From: a virus
Reading direction: 5' to 3' (one strand)
IMG/VR virus record: IMGVR_UViG_3300035698_016128
Span: 60,120-124,119 of that record
Length of the DNA: 64,000 bases
Position 1 is the first letter of the stretch. Every line of letters begins with the position of its first letter. Under the pieces are notes generated by a model. That model was not told the DNA's origin, made no database searches, and saw only the letters and a program-made list of their open reading frames with translations. Positions 8,916-17,580 of the stretch are shown here, piece by piece. The position numbers and the translations under genes are program-made.

Positions 8916-9155
8916 ATGACACTTGGCAAGGCAAAAAAGCCGAACGGGAAAATGTGTGCAAGGGTAGTTTCGAACGGCTTGGGTGTTGAAATAGAAGTTG
9001 GCTTGCAGAAGGCAGAAAGTGACACACTCATGGCAGTTGGCACCATTCGCCCCAAGTACAAGAATGAAGAAGCGGGCGCGTTTTTCATGACCATGCTGAA
9101 AGAATACGCTGAGGCGCACGGCATTGAATTTGATGTACAGCAATGGGAAGAATAG
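8916..9155 (+). CDS. hypothetical protein
   Basis: AAAGGA RBS; 79 aa. Confidence 0.7.
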   Translation: MTLGKAKKPNGKMCARVVSNGLGVEIEVGLQKAESDTLMAVGTIRPKYKNEEAGAFFMTMLKEYAEAHGIEFDVQQWEE

Positions 9156-9204
9156 TCAACCGTCAACCGGGGGGAAGGAAACTTCCCCCCAGAAAGGGGA
9201 AAGT

Positions 9205-9342
9205 ATGAGAAAGCCTTTCAGCGCAGTACACATTTGTAACAGGTGCAAGCGCAAAGTAGTAATCATCAAACGGCACAAAGCGCTTCCGCTTCCTTACTGC
9301 TACATGTGTGGCAAGTGTTTCAAGAAGGAATACGGCACGTGA
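9205..9342 (+). CDS. small Zn-ribbon protein
   Basis: AAAGGGG RBS; CNRC...CYMC. Confidence 0.65.
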   Translation: MRKPFSAVHICNRCKRKVVIIKRHKALPLPYCYMCGKCFKKEYGT

Positions 9343-9432
9343 ACGGCTTTGAAGGGGGAAGGCGGGTGCAAGCCTGCTTTCCCCTTTTAACACGCTCAAA
9401 CAGGCGCACAGGCGCACGCACGTGGAAGGAAC

Positions 9433-9475
9433 GGGGAAGGGGAAGCCAAGCGCTTTCCTTTCCCCCCTTTTTTTT
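9433..9475 (+). terminator. Rho-independent terminator closing the island operon
   Basis: G-rich/C-rich stem followed by T8. Confidence 0.75.
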
Positions 9476-9933
9476 GTGCCAAGCAGGGCGTGCGTGACCG
9501 CCATACGACCCCGATATCTGTTTAAGCGCCGGTGGATCCTTTGATTTGTGGATCACTACGTGACGACCCCTCGTAGGTTAAGCGCTGGTGGATCCTTTGA
9601 AGTACCAAAGCACTCTCAATCAATCGCTGAGGAATAGACCTATACCTGTGCCTATACGTAGACGTGGAAGAACCGGAAGGGTCGGGAAATATAAGCGAGT
9701 AGGAGGCGAGCGAGTTGATCGTACTCCCCACAGAGTCGAACCCCTTCGCCTACCCGATATCCCTGGAACCCTATCGGTTACGAAAAGAGTTACTAACCCC
9801 CGAGCAGGGAGAAGACCTCCACCCCTCCCCGGTCCACGAGCGGTGGATCCTTTGGCCTTTCCAAAAGGAACCCCCTATCCAACCATAAGCCGGAGTAGGG
9901 GGTTCGTACTACACGATATTCGGTACTACCGGA

Positions 9934-10440
9934 CTACGCGCCTAAGTAGCGCATGAGAGCTGCGGTATTCCCGGAGAAGTAGTAGTTCTTACTTTCGGAC
10001 TGACGTACCCAACCGAACTCATCGTTGGTATTGACCGCTTCAATCTGCGTGCGTGCCTTACCCGACACACCGAACTGCCCCGACCATTTGCCCCTTTTCG
10101 ACAGGAAGAACCGGAATGCTTCGGACCCGCAGTTATCAAAGACGCGAACCACCGTACCATCGTTGCATTCCGCTTCCGTGAACCTGAGATCAGCAGCGCT
10201 CATGACCGACGCCACAATGGCGCTTCCGAGGAGTTTGCCAGTAGGACCGTCAACTGCCCTTTCGGTATCCTTCCCACCGTGGTACGCGGAGTTGAACATT
10301 CTGGCGGTCACATCCTCCGGGGTCATTTCCGGGATGACCGGCGCTTCGGGTTCAACGATGGGTTCCACCGGGGCGATGATGACTTCTTCCGCCTTCGGGG
10401 ATACTGCCTTCTTCCGCCTGATCGTTTTCTTGGTTCCCAT
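9934..10440 (-). CDS. early protein of unknown family, paralog B
   Basis: AAAGGAG RBS before MGTKK; paralog of 7680-8135. Confidence 0.85.
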   Translation of the reverse strand: MGTKKTIRRKKAVSPKAEEVIIAPVEPIVEPEAPVIPEMTPEDVTARMFNSAYHGGKDTERAVDGPTGKLLGSAIVASVMSAADLRFTEAECNDGTVVRVFDNCGSEAFRFFLSKRGKWSGQFGVSGKARTQIEAVNTNDEFGWVRQSESKNYYFSGNTAALMRYLGA

Positions 10441-10503
10441 TTTGAATCTCCTTTCAGAAGGGTTTTGAGTCCCACCACACCACGTGGTGGTACCCGTATA
10501 TAC

Positions 10504-10519
10504 TGCAAGTCGCGTGCCT
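10504..10519 (-). promoter_or_regulatory. sigma54 promoter
   Basis: AGGCACGCGACTTGCA on the minus strand. Confidence 0.75.
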
Positions 10520-10644
10520 AACAAGGGCATCGGAAATAAAAAAAAAAGGTGGTCGTTTCAGGTACTTACAACTCCGCCCAAAACCGTCGTTCAACGAGTG
10601 GGTAAAATAGTGCCGTTTTTGGGCTCTTTGGTGACAATTTGCGC

Positions 10645-10782
10645 CGGAGTACCAAGAGTTACGATATCGTACTCGTATAGTTACAAGAGTGTAACTGGTT
10701 ACATTATCGTACTCGGCAGTTACAGGAGCGTAACAGGATATCCCAGTTACAAAAACGTAACTAGAGTTACATAATCGTAACA
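10645..10782. repeat. dense cluster of GTTAC/GTAAC pentamers
   Basis: About 10 copies in about 135 bp; a similar cluster lies at 6990-7196. Confidence 0.7.
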
Positions 10783-10907
10783 GGATGTCCCCCGAGGCAG
10801 GTTGCTCCTGGTGGATCCTTTGGATATCGGGACGACGAAGATATCCCCAAGGTGGGAATATAGCTGTGGATCAGTTAAGATCTACCGACTCACACAATCA
10901 TCTTATC

Positions 10908-11132
10908 TTATTTGACGGCCTTCAAGCCGGTTCTTCTCTTCTCCTTGTATTCAATCACCAGCTCGCGTTCAACATCCTCCATCACATGACGCATACGCTC
11001 GGCGGCGCGAGTCAACACTTTGTCGACCTCATAGGCTACAGAGCGATCGCCGTGCACGAAGGCTTTCTCGGAAGCCACATACTCCAGGTCGTGGCCCAAC
11101 TGCTTAACGAGCGCGTTAATGAAAGCTTTCAT
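10908..11132 (-). CDS. hypothetical protein
   Basis: AAGGAG RBS. Confidence 0.6.
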   Translation of the reverse strand: MKAFINALVKQLGHDLEYVASEKAFVHGDRSVAYEVDKVLTRAAERMRHVMEDVERELVIEYKEKRRTGLKAVK

Positions 11133-11299
11133 CGTATCTCCTTCCTACAGGCTCAGCCAACGATGCATCAGGTTAAGATGCAGTACGCCGAAGAACGACA
11201 CTTCGCTTGCCATGTTAAGAGTTGCGGGCGGAAGAGTCTGCCCATCATAGAAGTTCCCAAGGGATAACAAATCGTACATGTGAAGGTAGAACATAGGAT

Positions 11300-11581
11300 T
11301 TAGTTCCTTCCCCTAAGGATGTTTCTGATTTCCTCACGATTCTCAATGCCAAGAGTTTCATCACTCAACAGCTGGATGCGCAGTTCCTTCAGCGACACCC
11401 ACAGCGCTTCGAGAACGTCAGGCTCAACGATTGACCTGTACCCCAGAGGCTCATCACCAACTTCGTCGATCAGCGGGGCCAAGACAGTTTGCAGTGACTC
11501 AGCGAGTTGACCAACCAGCCGATACTTGTCAAGCTTGTTGAGCGAGTTGATGTGAGGAAGATCAATTTTCAGCTTTTTCAT
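11300..11581 (-). CDS. hypothetical protein
   Basis: GGGAGG RBS. Confidence 0.65.
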   Translation of the reverse strand: MKKLKIDLPHINSLNKLDKYRLVGQLAESLQTVLAPLIDEVGDEPLGYRSIVEPDVLEALWVSLKELRIQLLSDETLGIENREEIRNILRGRN

Positions 11582-11593
11582 TACGACTCCTCC

Positions 11594-11782
11594 CTACTGG
11601 GTTACCAGCGTCATGCCGACGTTGTCACATTCCATGCAAAAGAGGTTGCATGCATCAGCGATAGGAATGTCATACGATACAAGGTGAACCTCACCGCAGA
11701 CATTACACTTGAACCGACGCGCACCCTTCCTCAGCAGATAACCAAGCAACTTAGACATGATTCCCCCTACTGGCCGATGCAA
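11594..11782 (-). CDS. small Zn-ribbon protein
   Basis: CNVC...CMEC. Confidence 0.55.
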   Translation of the reverse strand: MHRPVGGIMSKLLGYLLRKGARRFKCNVCGEVHLVSYDIPIADACNLFCMECDNVGMTLVTQ

Positions 11783-11982
11783 ACGTTAAGATTGACGTAG
11801 CCCGCTTCCCGCAGATTGATCAGGGCCGTGTTCAACGACCCATCAGTGCGATAGTCACGTGCCTTCACAGCCGATGCAGCCCACGATGTGGTGATTTCCG
11901 ATAAGCCTGTTCGCCTGACTGACCAGACGAACCCGTGTAAAGGATGCTGAATGGTTCTGCGATACATGCGCTTCTTTCCCAT
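11767..11982 (-). CDS. hypothetical protein
   Basis: AAGGA RBS; first gene after the sigma54 promoter at 12040. Confidence 0.6.
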   Translation of the reverse strand: MGKKRMYRRTIQHPLHGFVWSVRRTGLSEITTSWAASAVKARDYRTDGSLNTALINLREAGYVNLNVCIGQ

Positions 11983-12039
11983 GGCGATTCCTTTCCTTTC
12001 TGGTTGACGATAGTTGCCTTTGCCTTCACCCTATATATA

Positions 12040-12055
12040 TGCAAGTCGCATGCCT
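12040..12055 (-). promoter_or_regulatory. sigma54 promoter
   Basis: AGGCATGCGACTTGCA. Confidence 0.75.
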
Positions 12056-12318
12056 AGAAATAGGCGTCGTACGACATCGTATGGACATCGCTAGACAACG
12101 AGTTGGAAAACAATTACTATCCATGGGCAATAATTGTCACTCATGTGACTCTTTACGCATATCGGTCATTAATCGCATATATATAAGGATATCCACACGA
12201 TGATCTACATAAGAGTAGAGTATCTGTATATAAGGGCGTCTTCGAGTATAAAAGTGCAAGTATCTGTATAAAGAGTGGGAGTTGGCAAACAATGAAGTGA
12301 TGTCCTTTAAGAGCGTTT

Positions 12319-12362
12319 ATATACGAGTTATAGAGTTAAGATATACGAGTTATAGAGTTAAG
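12319..12362. repeat. 22-bp tandem repeat x2 (ATATACGAGTTATAGAGTTAAG); also TAGAGTT x3 at 12937-12957
   Basis: Read directly from the sequence. Confidence 0.85.
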
Positions 12363-12618
12363 AGAAGGGAGTTATACAACATTTGGTAACGATCTCAGTT
12401 TCTTGTAAAACTCACGATCTATATATAATATCTATGATATTAGCTTGGATAAAAGCATCGCCCATATAACATCCCCCTGAGAGTAAACAAGTAAGGAGCT
12501 TATCCATACATCGTAAGGAGAACGATATCCCCCAGTCAGAATATAGCTGTGGATCAGTTGATAACAAGCTCTCTATAATAATATATATATAAGAGAGTCT
12601 AAATGTATCTTACCGTAA

Positions 12619-12822
12619 CTACTTAGGCAGATACGCCTTACAGTCGTTGTGCTTATTACGATCAAGGAAGGTTCTTGTCTGTATCCATACCCTTTCCTCC
12701 CTGACCGGGGTGCGTACCAGCTCCCAGTAACCGCAGTGCTTATCGAGCACACACTCCTGATGTAACCCCCTGAAGAGGGTTCTGAACCTACTACACTCTG
12801 AACAAAAGACCTTATCAGGCAT
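12619..12822 (-). CDS. Cys-rich hypothetical protein
   Basis: CSEC...C..HC...C. Confidence 0.55.
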   Translation of the reverse strand: MPDKVFCSECSRFRTLFRGLHQECVLDKHCGYWELVRTPVREERVWIQTRTFLDRNKHNDCKAYLPK

Positions 12823-12956
12823 AGTGTATCCCCTTCTACTAGCGTTAATACATCTCCCCCTATATGGCTACTTCCAACACCGACGGAAAAGGAAGGGATG
12901 GGATATTATTATATATATAGTATATAGAGGGACGAGTAGAGTTTAGAGTTTAGAGT

Positions 12957-13553
12957 TTACATATCGAATGGGAAAGGCGACCCCTTACCCTTACTCTTAC
13001 TCTCCATCTTCGGGGTAGCCTTCTTCCTTCTCGCCTTCTTCGCCAGCGGCCTCGGGGGGGTAGTAGCGATATATTCCTTCTTCTTCGGCTTCGGGGGCGG
13101 AGTAACGATATATGCTAGCTCTACCGCTACGTCCTCGAGAGTAAGAAGAATCTCTATATCGCTCTCGCTGATAAGGAAGATATTACCGTCGAGCGTTCTT
13201 ATAATAACCTCCCGCTCGGTACCGCCAAGAAGAAACGGCGTTTCGACTTCGAACATCTGGTTCGTATATTCCTCGGGGAAGTAATTCGGTAACCCTCCCA
13301 TAAGGCTCCACTTGATAGTCGTAACTCGGGGAAGGTTAAACCCCGCGTCGTTACGTATACATCCCTTTAACATACCGTAGGTCTTACGAGCGTTATGCAA
13401 ATCCATAACTTCTCCTCTTTCTGTGAAAGGTGTACCGAATCTATCGTCCTTACTTAACTCCGCGATAAGGTTCTTTCTTTCTCTACCTCGGAAGACCGGG
13501 TTAGTATCGCCCTCCTTTAATTGATTTATGAACCTAGAGCTTGCCCCTCTCAC
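12957..13553 (-). CDS. hypothetical protein with Pro/Lys-rich tail
   Basis: 198 aa; strongly TG/CA-depleted DNA. Confidence 0.65.
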   Translation of the reverse strand: MRGASSRFINQLKEGDTNPVFRGRERKNLIAELSKDDRFGTPFTERGEVMDLHNARKTYGMLKGCIRNDAGFNLPRVTTIKWSLMGGLPNYFPEEYTNQMFEVETPFLLGGTEREVIIRTLDGNIFLISESDIEILLTLEDVAVELAYIVTPPPKPKKKEYIATTPPRPLAKKARRKKATPKMESKSKGKGSPFPFDM

Positions 13554-13867
13554 ACCGCACCTCCTTCCAGCGGCATCTCGGTAAGACTCGCCAGTACCCG
13601 TTCCTTGGCGTTCGGGAACTCCATGGCGTAAGCCGGATTGGTAGTACCCAGTTCATAGATCGAGCCTGAGAAGGTGACGACCATACCATCACGCTTACCG
13701 ATGATCTTGGAAGAGCGTACTTCAAGACCGTTAAGGTTAGCACGTGGGTGATCAACGGGGACACCGAGAAGATGTGAGGAAATGAGTTCGGGGGCCATAT
13801 ACGGACTCGTCTGCCCGACTATGATTGCCCAGTTGTTGATCGTAATCGGTTTAACTTTATCTGCCAT
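13550..13867 (-). CDS. hypothetical phage protein
   Basis: GGAGG RBS before MADKVK. Confidence 0.65.
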   Translation of the reverse strand: MADKVKPITINNWAIIVGQTSPYMAPELISSHLLGVPVDHPRANLNGLEVRSSKIIGKRDGMVVTFSGSIYELGTTNPAYAMEFPNAKERVLASLTEMPLEGGAV

Positions 13868-13880
13868 TACGCACCTCCTT

Positions 13881-14051
13881 CTAGACTTTGACCAGCCCGA
13901 GCCGACCCGGCTCAACCATTGTCATCTTGTTGAGTTCAGCCATTGCCTCTTCCAAAGAAGTAAAGACACGAGCCGCCTCAATATGTTCGACCCAGCGACG
14001 AATACCGTCACGAGTCTCAAAGTACCACAGGGTACCGACCGGCGATGACAT
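13881..14051 (-). CDS. hypothetical protein
   Basis: Likely start MSSPVG. Confidence 0.45.
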   Translation of the reverse strand: MSSPVGTLWYFETRDGIRRWVEHIEAARVFTSLEEAMAELNKMTMVEPGRLGLVKV

Positions 14052-14257
14052 ACTAATGTGATGCTCCACCTCACACCTCCTTAGAAAGGACAATCGCCCT
14101 TACAGGGCTGATCATCACAGTCCTTGTCTTCGTTCTCGTAATCGTACGGTTCAAGCCCACAACCTTCGCGAGCCCGATTACATTCAGCCATTGCCTCTGT
14201 TTCCTGACCAGCGATGAATGTCTCCCACCGCATACCTCCCATACTGCACCTCCCTTC

Positions 14258-14503
14258 TTACGAGCGGTTATCGGAACGACTCAAGTTACGGCTTGCGTAA
14301 AGGTTATCCATAAGCTGATCGCAAACATCCATCGGCGCGGACTTGTACAATTCGGAAACCCGCTGGCTGAGGATGCTTGTGTACTCCGCATCTATACCGT
14401 GATGCTTGATGCAGACACAGCCACGCTTGACGATAATGTAGTGCTGGCGCTCGCTGACCTTCCACTCTGCCTTGCACACGAAACAAACGACAGGTTTACC
14501 CAT
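14258..14503 (-). CDS. hypothetical protein
   Basis: AAGGAG RBS; CFVC. Confidence 0.55.
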   Translation of the reverse strand: MGKPVVCFVCKAEWKVSERQHYIIVKRGCVCIKHHGIDAEYTSILSQRVSELYKSAPMDVCDQLMDNLYASRNLSRSDNRS

Positions 14504-14678
14504 CTTTAATCTCCTTCTTGGCCTTGTACCACTCGTTGTATTCCTCCCGTTGAGGACACCAGCGCATGTGGGGGTTGCTTTCAGGTCGCCCGTTCATAGT
14601 CCAAGCATACCCTCCGCAAGTACAGTAATGCTTAAAGCTCTTTAATGCCTCCGCCTCTGCCCTTGTCACCCTAGTCAT
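14496..14678 (-). CDS. small Zn-binding protein
   Basis: HYCTCG...H...C. Confidence 0.55.
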   Translation of the reverse strand: MTRVTRAEAEALKSFKHYCTCGGYAWTMNGRPESNPHMRWCPQREEYNEWYKAKKEIKDG

Positions 14679-14883
14679 CCTCCACTGTGCTGACCTTGAT
14701 CTGGTTAACAGCCTTCATGTTGGTCTGAAGGTTCTTGATCACATCCCTATGGTGCTCGAAGACCAGATTCTTGGCGGCTCCAAGAGTCTTCTGTGCGTTG
14801 TGATACTCCGGGTTACCTTCCTTAACCCTGAAGATCCAACTACATGAGCCATCAACGAGGGCGAGATACCTTGCTACTGCCAT
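14671..14883 (-). CDS. hypothetical protein
   Basis: GGAGG RBS before MAVARY. Confidence 0.55.
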   Translation of the reverse strand: MAVARYLALVDGSCSWIFRVKEGNPEYHNAQKTLGAAKNLVFEHHRDVIKNLQTNMKAVNQIKVSTVEDD

Positions 14884-15254
14884 CACTTCACCTCCTTGGC
14901 CAATCGCAGAAGAGCAGTTTAACATAGGAGGACATGATGTACACCGACTCAGGTATCCACGTTACACCATCAGCGCAGAGTACAAGAAAGTATGGTGCGA
15001 CGTACAATCCCTTGACGATCACGCCCCCATTGTCCTCATAGTAATGAGTTGGAGTCAACATTCCCTTCTCCTTATCTTACTTCTTGTGCGGTTGCAAGAC
15101 TGTACTCACTGAAGTAGAGGATGAAGCACCCATGTTTGGTGTTCATATCTTCCAGGATGTCATCCGTAACTTCCGTCTGTCCAACGTTGAAGTCATAACA
15201 GCAGGAGTTCAGCCACCAATCGTAGAATGTAAGCCAGAACATAATTGCCTCCGT

Positions 15255-15635
15255 CTAAAGTAGTTTTCCACAAAGAGCCATTAACCGCTGAGCAATATCG
15301 AGATGTTCGGCTTGCTGTGCCTCTGTGAACGGAGTGCCATTGATTTCAGCCAACCGAATAATCTCACTGGCGGAACCAAGAAATGATTTCTCCCAAAAGG
15401 CCATTTCTTCTTTGATCGGTACAGGCTCGTCTGCCTGTTTGACCATAGCCCTGATCGCATCTTTAGTAGGCATGGTATAGAATGGAGCACCCAAGTTGAT
15501 ACACTCCCCATCGCTGTTCTCAACATCATAGTAGTCGATGATACCTTCAGGTGTCTCCGAGTCCCAACACCCATAGACGTAATACGTCATATTGTCAATG
15601 AAATAGACAGTGGTTATCTCGCTTCCCGTTTTCAT
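15255..15635 (-). CDS. hypothetical protein
   Basis: AAAGGAG RBS before MKTGSE; follows the sigma54 promoter at 15676. Confidence 0.65.
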   Translation of the reverse strand: MKTGSEITTVYFIDNMTYYVYGCWDSETPEGIIDYYDVENSDGECINLGAPFYTMPTKDAIRAMVKQADEPVPIKEEMAFWEKSFLGSASEIIRLAEINGTPFTEAQQAEHLDIAQRLMALCGKLL

Positions 15636-15675
15636 TTTCCTATCTCCTTTTCTGGTTGGTGTTACCCTTATTAGT

Positions 15676-15691
15676 TGCAAGTCGTATGCCA
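15676..15691 (-). promoter_or_regulatory. sigma54 promoter
   Basis: TGGCATACGACTTGCA. Confidence 0.8.
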
Positions 15692-15786
15692 AGCAAAAAC
15701 CCGTCTATAGACTATGCGATAGGTGTCTGCTTCTCGGTCCATAGGTAATTGTTTTCTTCTTTTGGGTAATCCCTTACCCACTCGTT

Positions 15787-15954
15787 TTACCATACGACAA
15801 CATAGCCTTCCCTATCGGCTATCTCCACCAATGTATCCCAGTTATCTTCGACCCACTTGGTGTGCTTATCGCACGAGTCCTTTTCAAACTTCCTGATGCG
15901 CTCTGCAACACGCCCACCTGCCTCATCCATATCTATTACATTTGACTCGTCCAT
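15787..15954 (-). CDS. 55-aa acidic hypothetical protein
   Basis: AAAGGAG RBS; MDESNVIDMDEAGG; follows the promoter at 15996. Confidence 0.6.
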   Translation of the reverse strand: MDESNVIDMDEAGGRVAERIRKFEKDSCDKHTKWVEDNWDTLVEIADREGYVVVW

Positions 15955-15995
15955 AATGTGGCTCTCCTTTCAAGTGTTGGTTCACCATTATATGA

Positions 15996-16011
15996 TGCAA
16001 GTCGTATGCCA
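15996..16011 (-). promoter_or_regulatory. sigma54 promoter
   Basis: TGGCATACGACTTGCA, identical to the site at 15676. Confidence 0.8.
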
Positions 16012-16360
16012 ACACTTGGCGACGGTCTTAGATATATATGAGTAATCCACGGAGCTCTATGGTGACGAAATACGGCACCCGATGACGCAAATTGTCACCG
16101 GGGCCGTCAGACAGTCTAAGGTAGGATGTTATGTAAGAGCCCTGACTCTACGCCTTCTTGACCTTGCCGGTTCCCGGGACAGAGGCCGCCGCACGAGCAC
16201 GCTTCATGCCACGCGGAGCATTGGGGTTCTTCTGTCCGGTGTTGCGGTTCTTCGAGCAGTTGCTCCGTGCGCCACACGCATCGTAACACGCCTTAACCCT
16301 GAATCCTGTACAAGCCATCTCATCTTCTCCTTCGTACCTTCTTGGGTTTAATCCGGTTGG

Positions 16361-16720
16361 CTACAGCGCTTTGTCATCCACCTCCAACGAAGGGTGCTTG
16401 CCTTTGGCCGACCGCAACGTGAAGTTGAACTCGCTTGCCATGATACCGACCTGCTTCGCCGTGAGGGTGAAGATTCTTCCGTCATCCAACGTGCCACGAA
16501 TGGTCTCGACAGTCTTGGCATTGTGAACAACGAAGATGTTGACGATTTTGCCACCGCCAACAACTTCCGGCAGAGGCGGAGCGGGTTCGGGTACCTTCTC
16601 AACGAGTATGCCGGTCCACTGCTTGCCACACTCAGGGCAAGTATGGACCGCCGAAATCTCACCACCACAGCGGTAGCAAGTCTGCTCGTCGGCCTTCTTG
16701 TGGCAGTATGGACATTCCAT
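16361..16720 (-). CDS. double Zn-ribbon protein
   Basis: CPYC, CYRC, CPEC; GGAGG RBS. Confidence 0.7.
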   Translation of the reverse strand: MECPYCHKKADEQTCYRCGGEISAVHTCPECGKQWTGILVEKVPEPAPPLPEVVGGGKIVNIFVVHNAKTVETIRGTLDDGRIFTLTAKQVGIMASEFNFTLRSAKGKHPSLEVDDKAL

Positions 16721-16784
16721 ACGCTTTCCTCCTCATGTTGTGCTACGTTCACGATTTGTAACCCTGCCTTCAGCAGTTAGTATA

Positions 16785-16800
16785 TGCGAATCGCATGCCA
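16785..16800 (-). promoter_or_regulatory. sigma54 promoter
   Basis: TGGCATGCGATTCGCA. Confidence 0.7.
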
Positions 16801-17295
16801 AGCTAAATAGACTACGTAGACACGTCTTTGTATACCAAGGGATATCGGTACGATAAATTATATAGGAACCTCCTTACCCAATATGTGAAACTCTTTTCCC
16901 ACTCGTTCGCCGACCAATAGATATCGTACCATATATATCTTTATACAAGCAAGATCCCAATACGATATCCCCCAGTCAGGTTTATACTGTGGATCAGTTA
17001 ATACCTAACGATAAAGAAAGATAATCTAATTAGATAACGATATCCCCAGGTCAGTTTATTGCTGTGGATTATTAGATATCGCTTGATAGAATAAAAAAGG
17101 AGACTTCAACCGCCACAGGGTCATAATAAGAGTCAGAAAGGATAACACCCTCTTACTATGAAGCGAAAACGTGTCGGCTAAAGTCCCCTATACAACTCAC
17201 ATGCACCGGCGACGCGCTAGAACTTTGCATAAAGTCCCGGCAGCATGAGGATGCTCACCTATGAACGAAGCCACCCACCTCCTTGATTGTTTATC

Positions 17296-17532
17296 CTACA
17301 ACATCCACCCCTTGGGGGTCAAGTTCTTCTGAAGGACAACCTCATATGATACCCTGTTGATGAACAAGGACAGAACAGTCCACCTGGGCCTTGATTGATA
17401 CGCCACCGACACCCCATGCTTGAAGTCACGGTGGATTGTAACCTGCTTCCTGTTGCTGGTCAGGTGGACAGTGATATGATTCCTACCGCTCGAACCCAAG
17501 CGGTATCTTCTTATATGCAAATTCAATTCCAT
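17296..17532 (-). CDS. hypothetical protein
   Basis: AAGGAG RBS; follows the promoter at 17565. Confidence 0.6.
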   Translation of the reverse strand: MELNLHIRRYRLGSSGRNHITVHLTSNRKQVTIHRDFKHGVSVAYQSRPRWTVLSLFINRVSYEVVLQKNLTPKGWML

Positions 17533-17564
17533 CTCCTTTTCGCTGTGCTGTTACAGGTTAGTAC

Positions 17565-17580
17565 TGCAAACGGTATGCCA
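17565..17580 (-). promoter_or_regulatory. sigma54 promoter
   Basis: TGGCATACCGTTTGCA. Confidence 0.8.

Larger units (their letters stand above)
8434..9190 (+). repeat. four identical 22-nt hairpins GGGGGGAAG-GAAA-CTTCCCCCC (8434, 8604, 8859, 9169), each preceded by AACC (TCAACC in the last three)
   Basis: Perfect 9-bp stem with GAAA tetraloop; each lies between ORFs, ahead of an RBS. Confidence 0.95.
10840..17070. repeat. dispersed intergenic element GATATCCCC-N9/10-WTATAGCTGTGGATCAGTT-like (10840, 12524, 16964, 17039)
   Basis: Four degenerate copies in the same orientation, all intergenic. Confidence 0.8.

Noticed and set aside
8428-9190. Hairpin repeats as a CRISPR array
   Set aside because: Spacers are 148-288 bp, unequal, and contain ORFs with RBSs; no cas genes are in the window.
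6987-9505. Island explained by Dam/GATC avoidance, DarT TNTC targeting or APOBEC-like TC deamination
   Set aside because: TGATCA is present at 8550, and TTTC and TCA, the expected targets, are abundant. The ban is VGAB/VTCB.
6987-9505. Island explained by avoidance of an mRNA endonuclease site
   Set aside because: The ban is symmetric on both strands and extends into DNA upstream of the promoter.
10866-17070. TGTGGATCA sites as an oriC-like DnaA cluster
   Set aside because: They are single-mismatch boxes spread over 6 kb with no adjacent DUE; kept only as a repeat family.
17090-17200. Possible tRNA or riboswitch
   Set aside because: No cloverleaf or T-loop consensus. It looks like an extended minus-strand terminator stem. 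No tRNA was recognised anywhere in the window.
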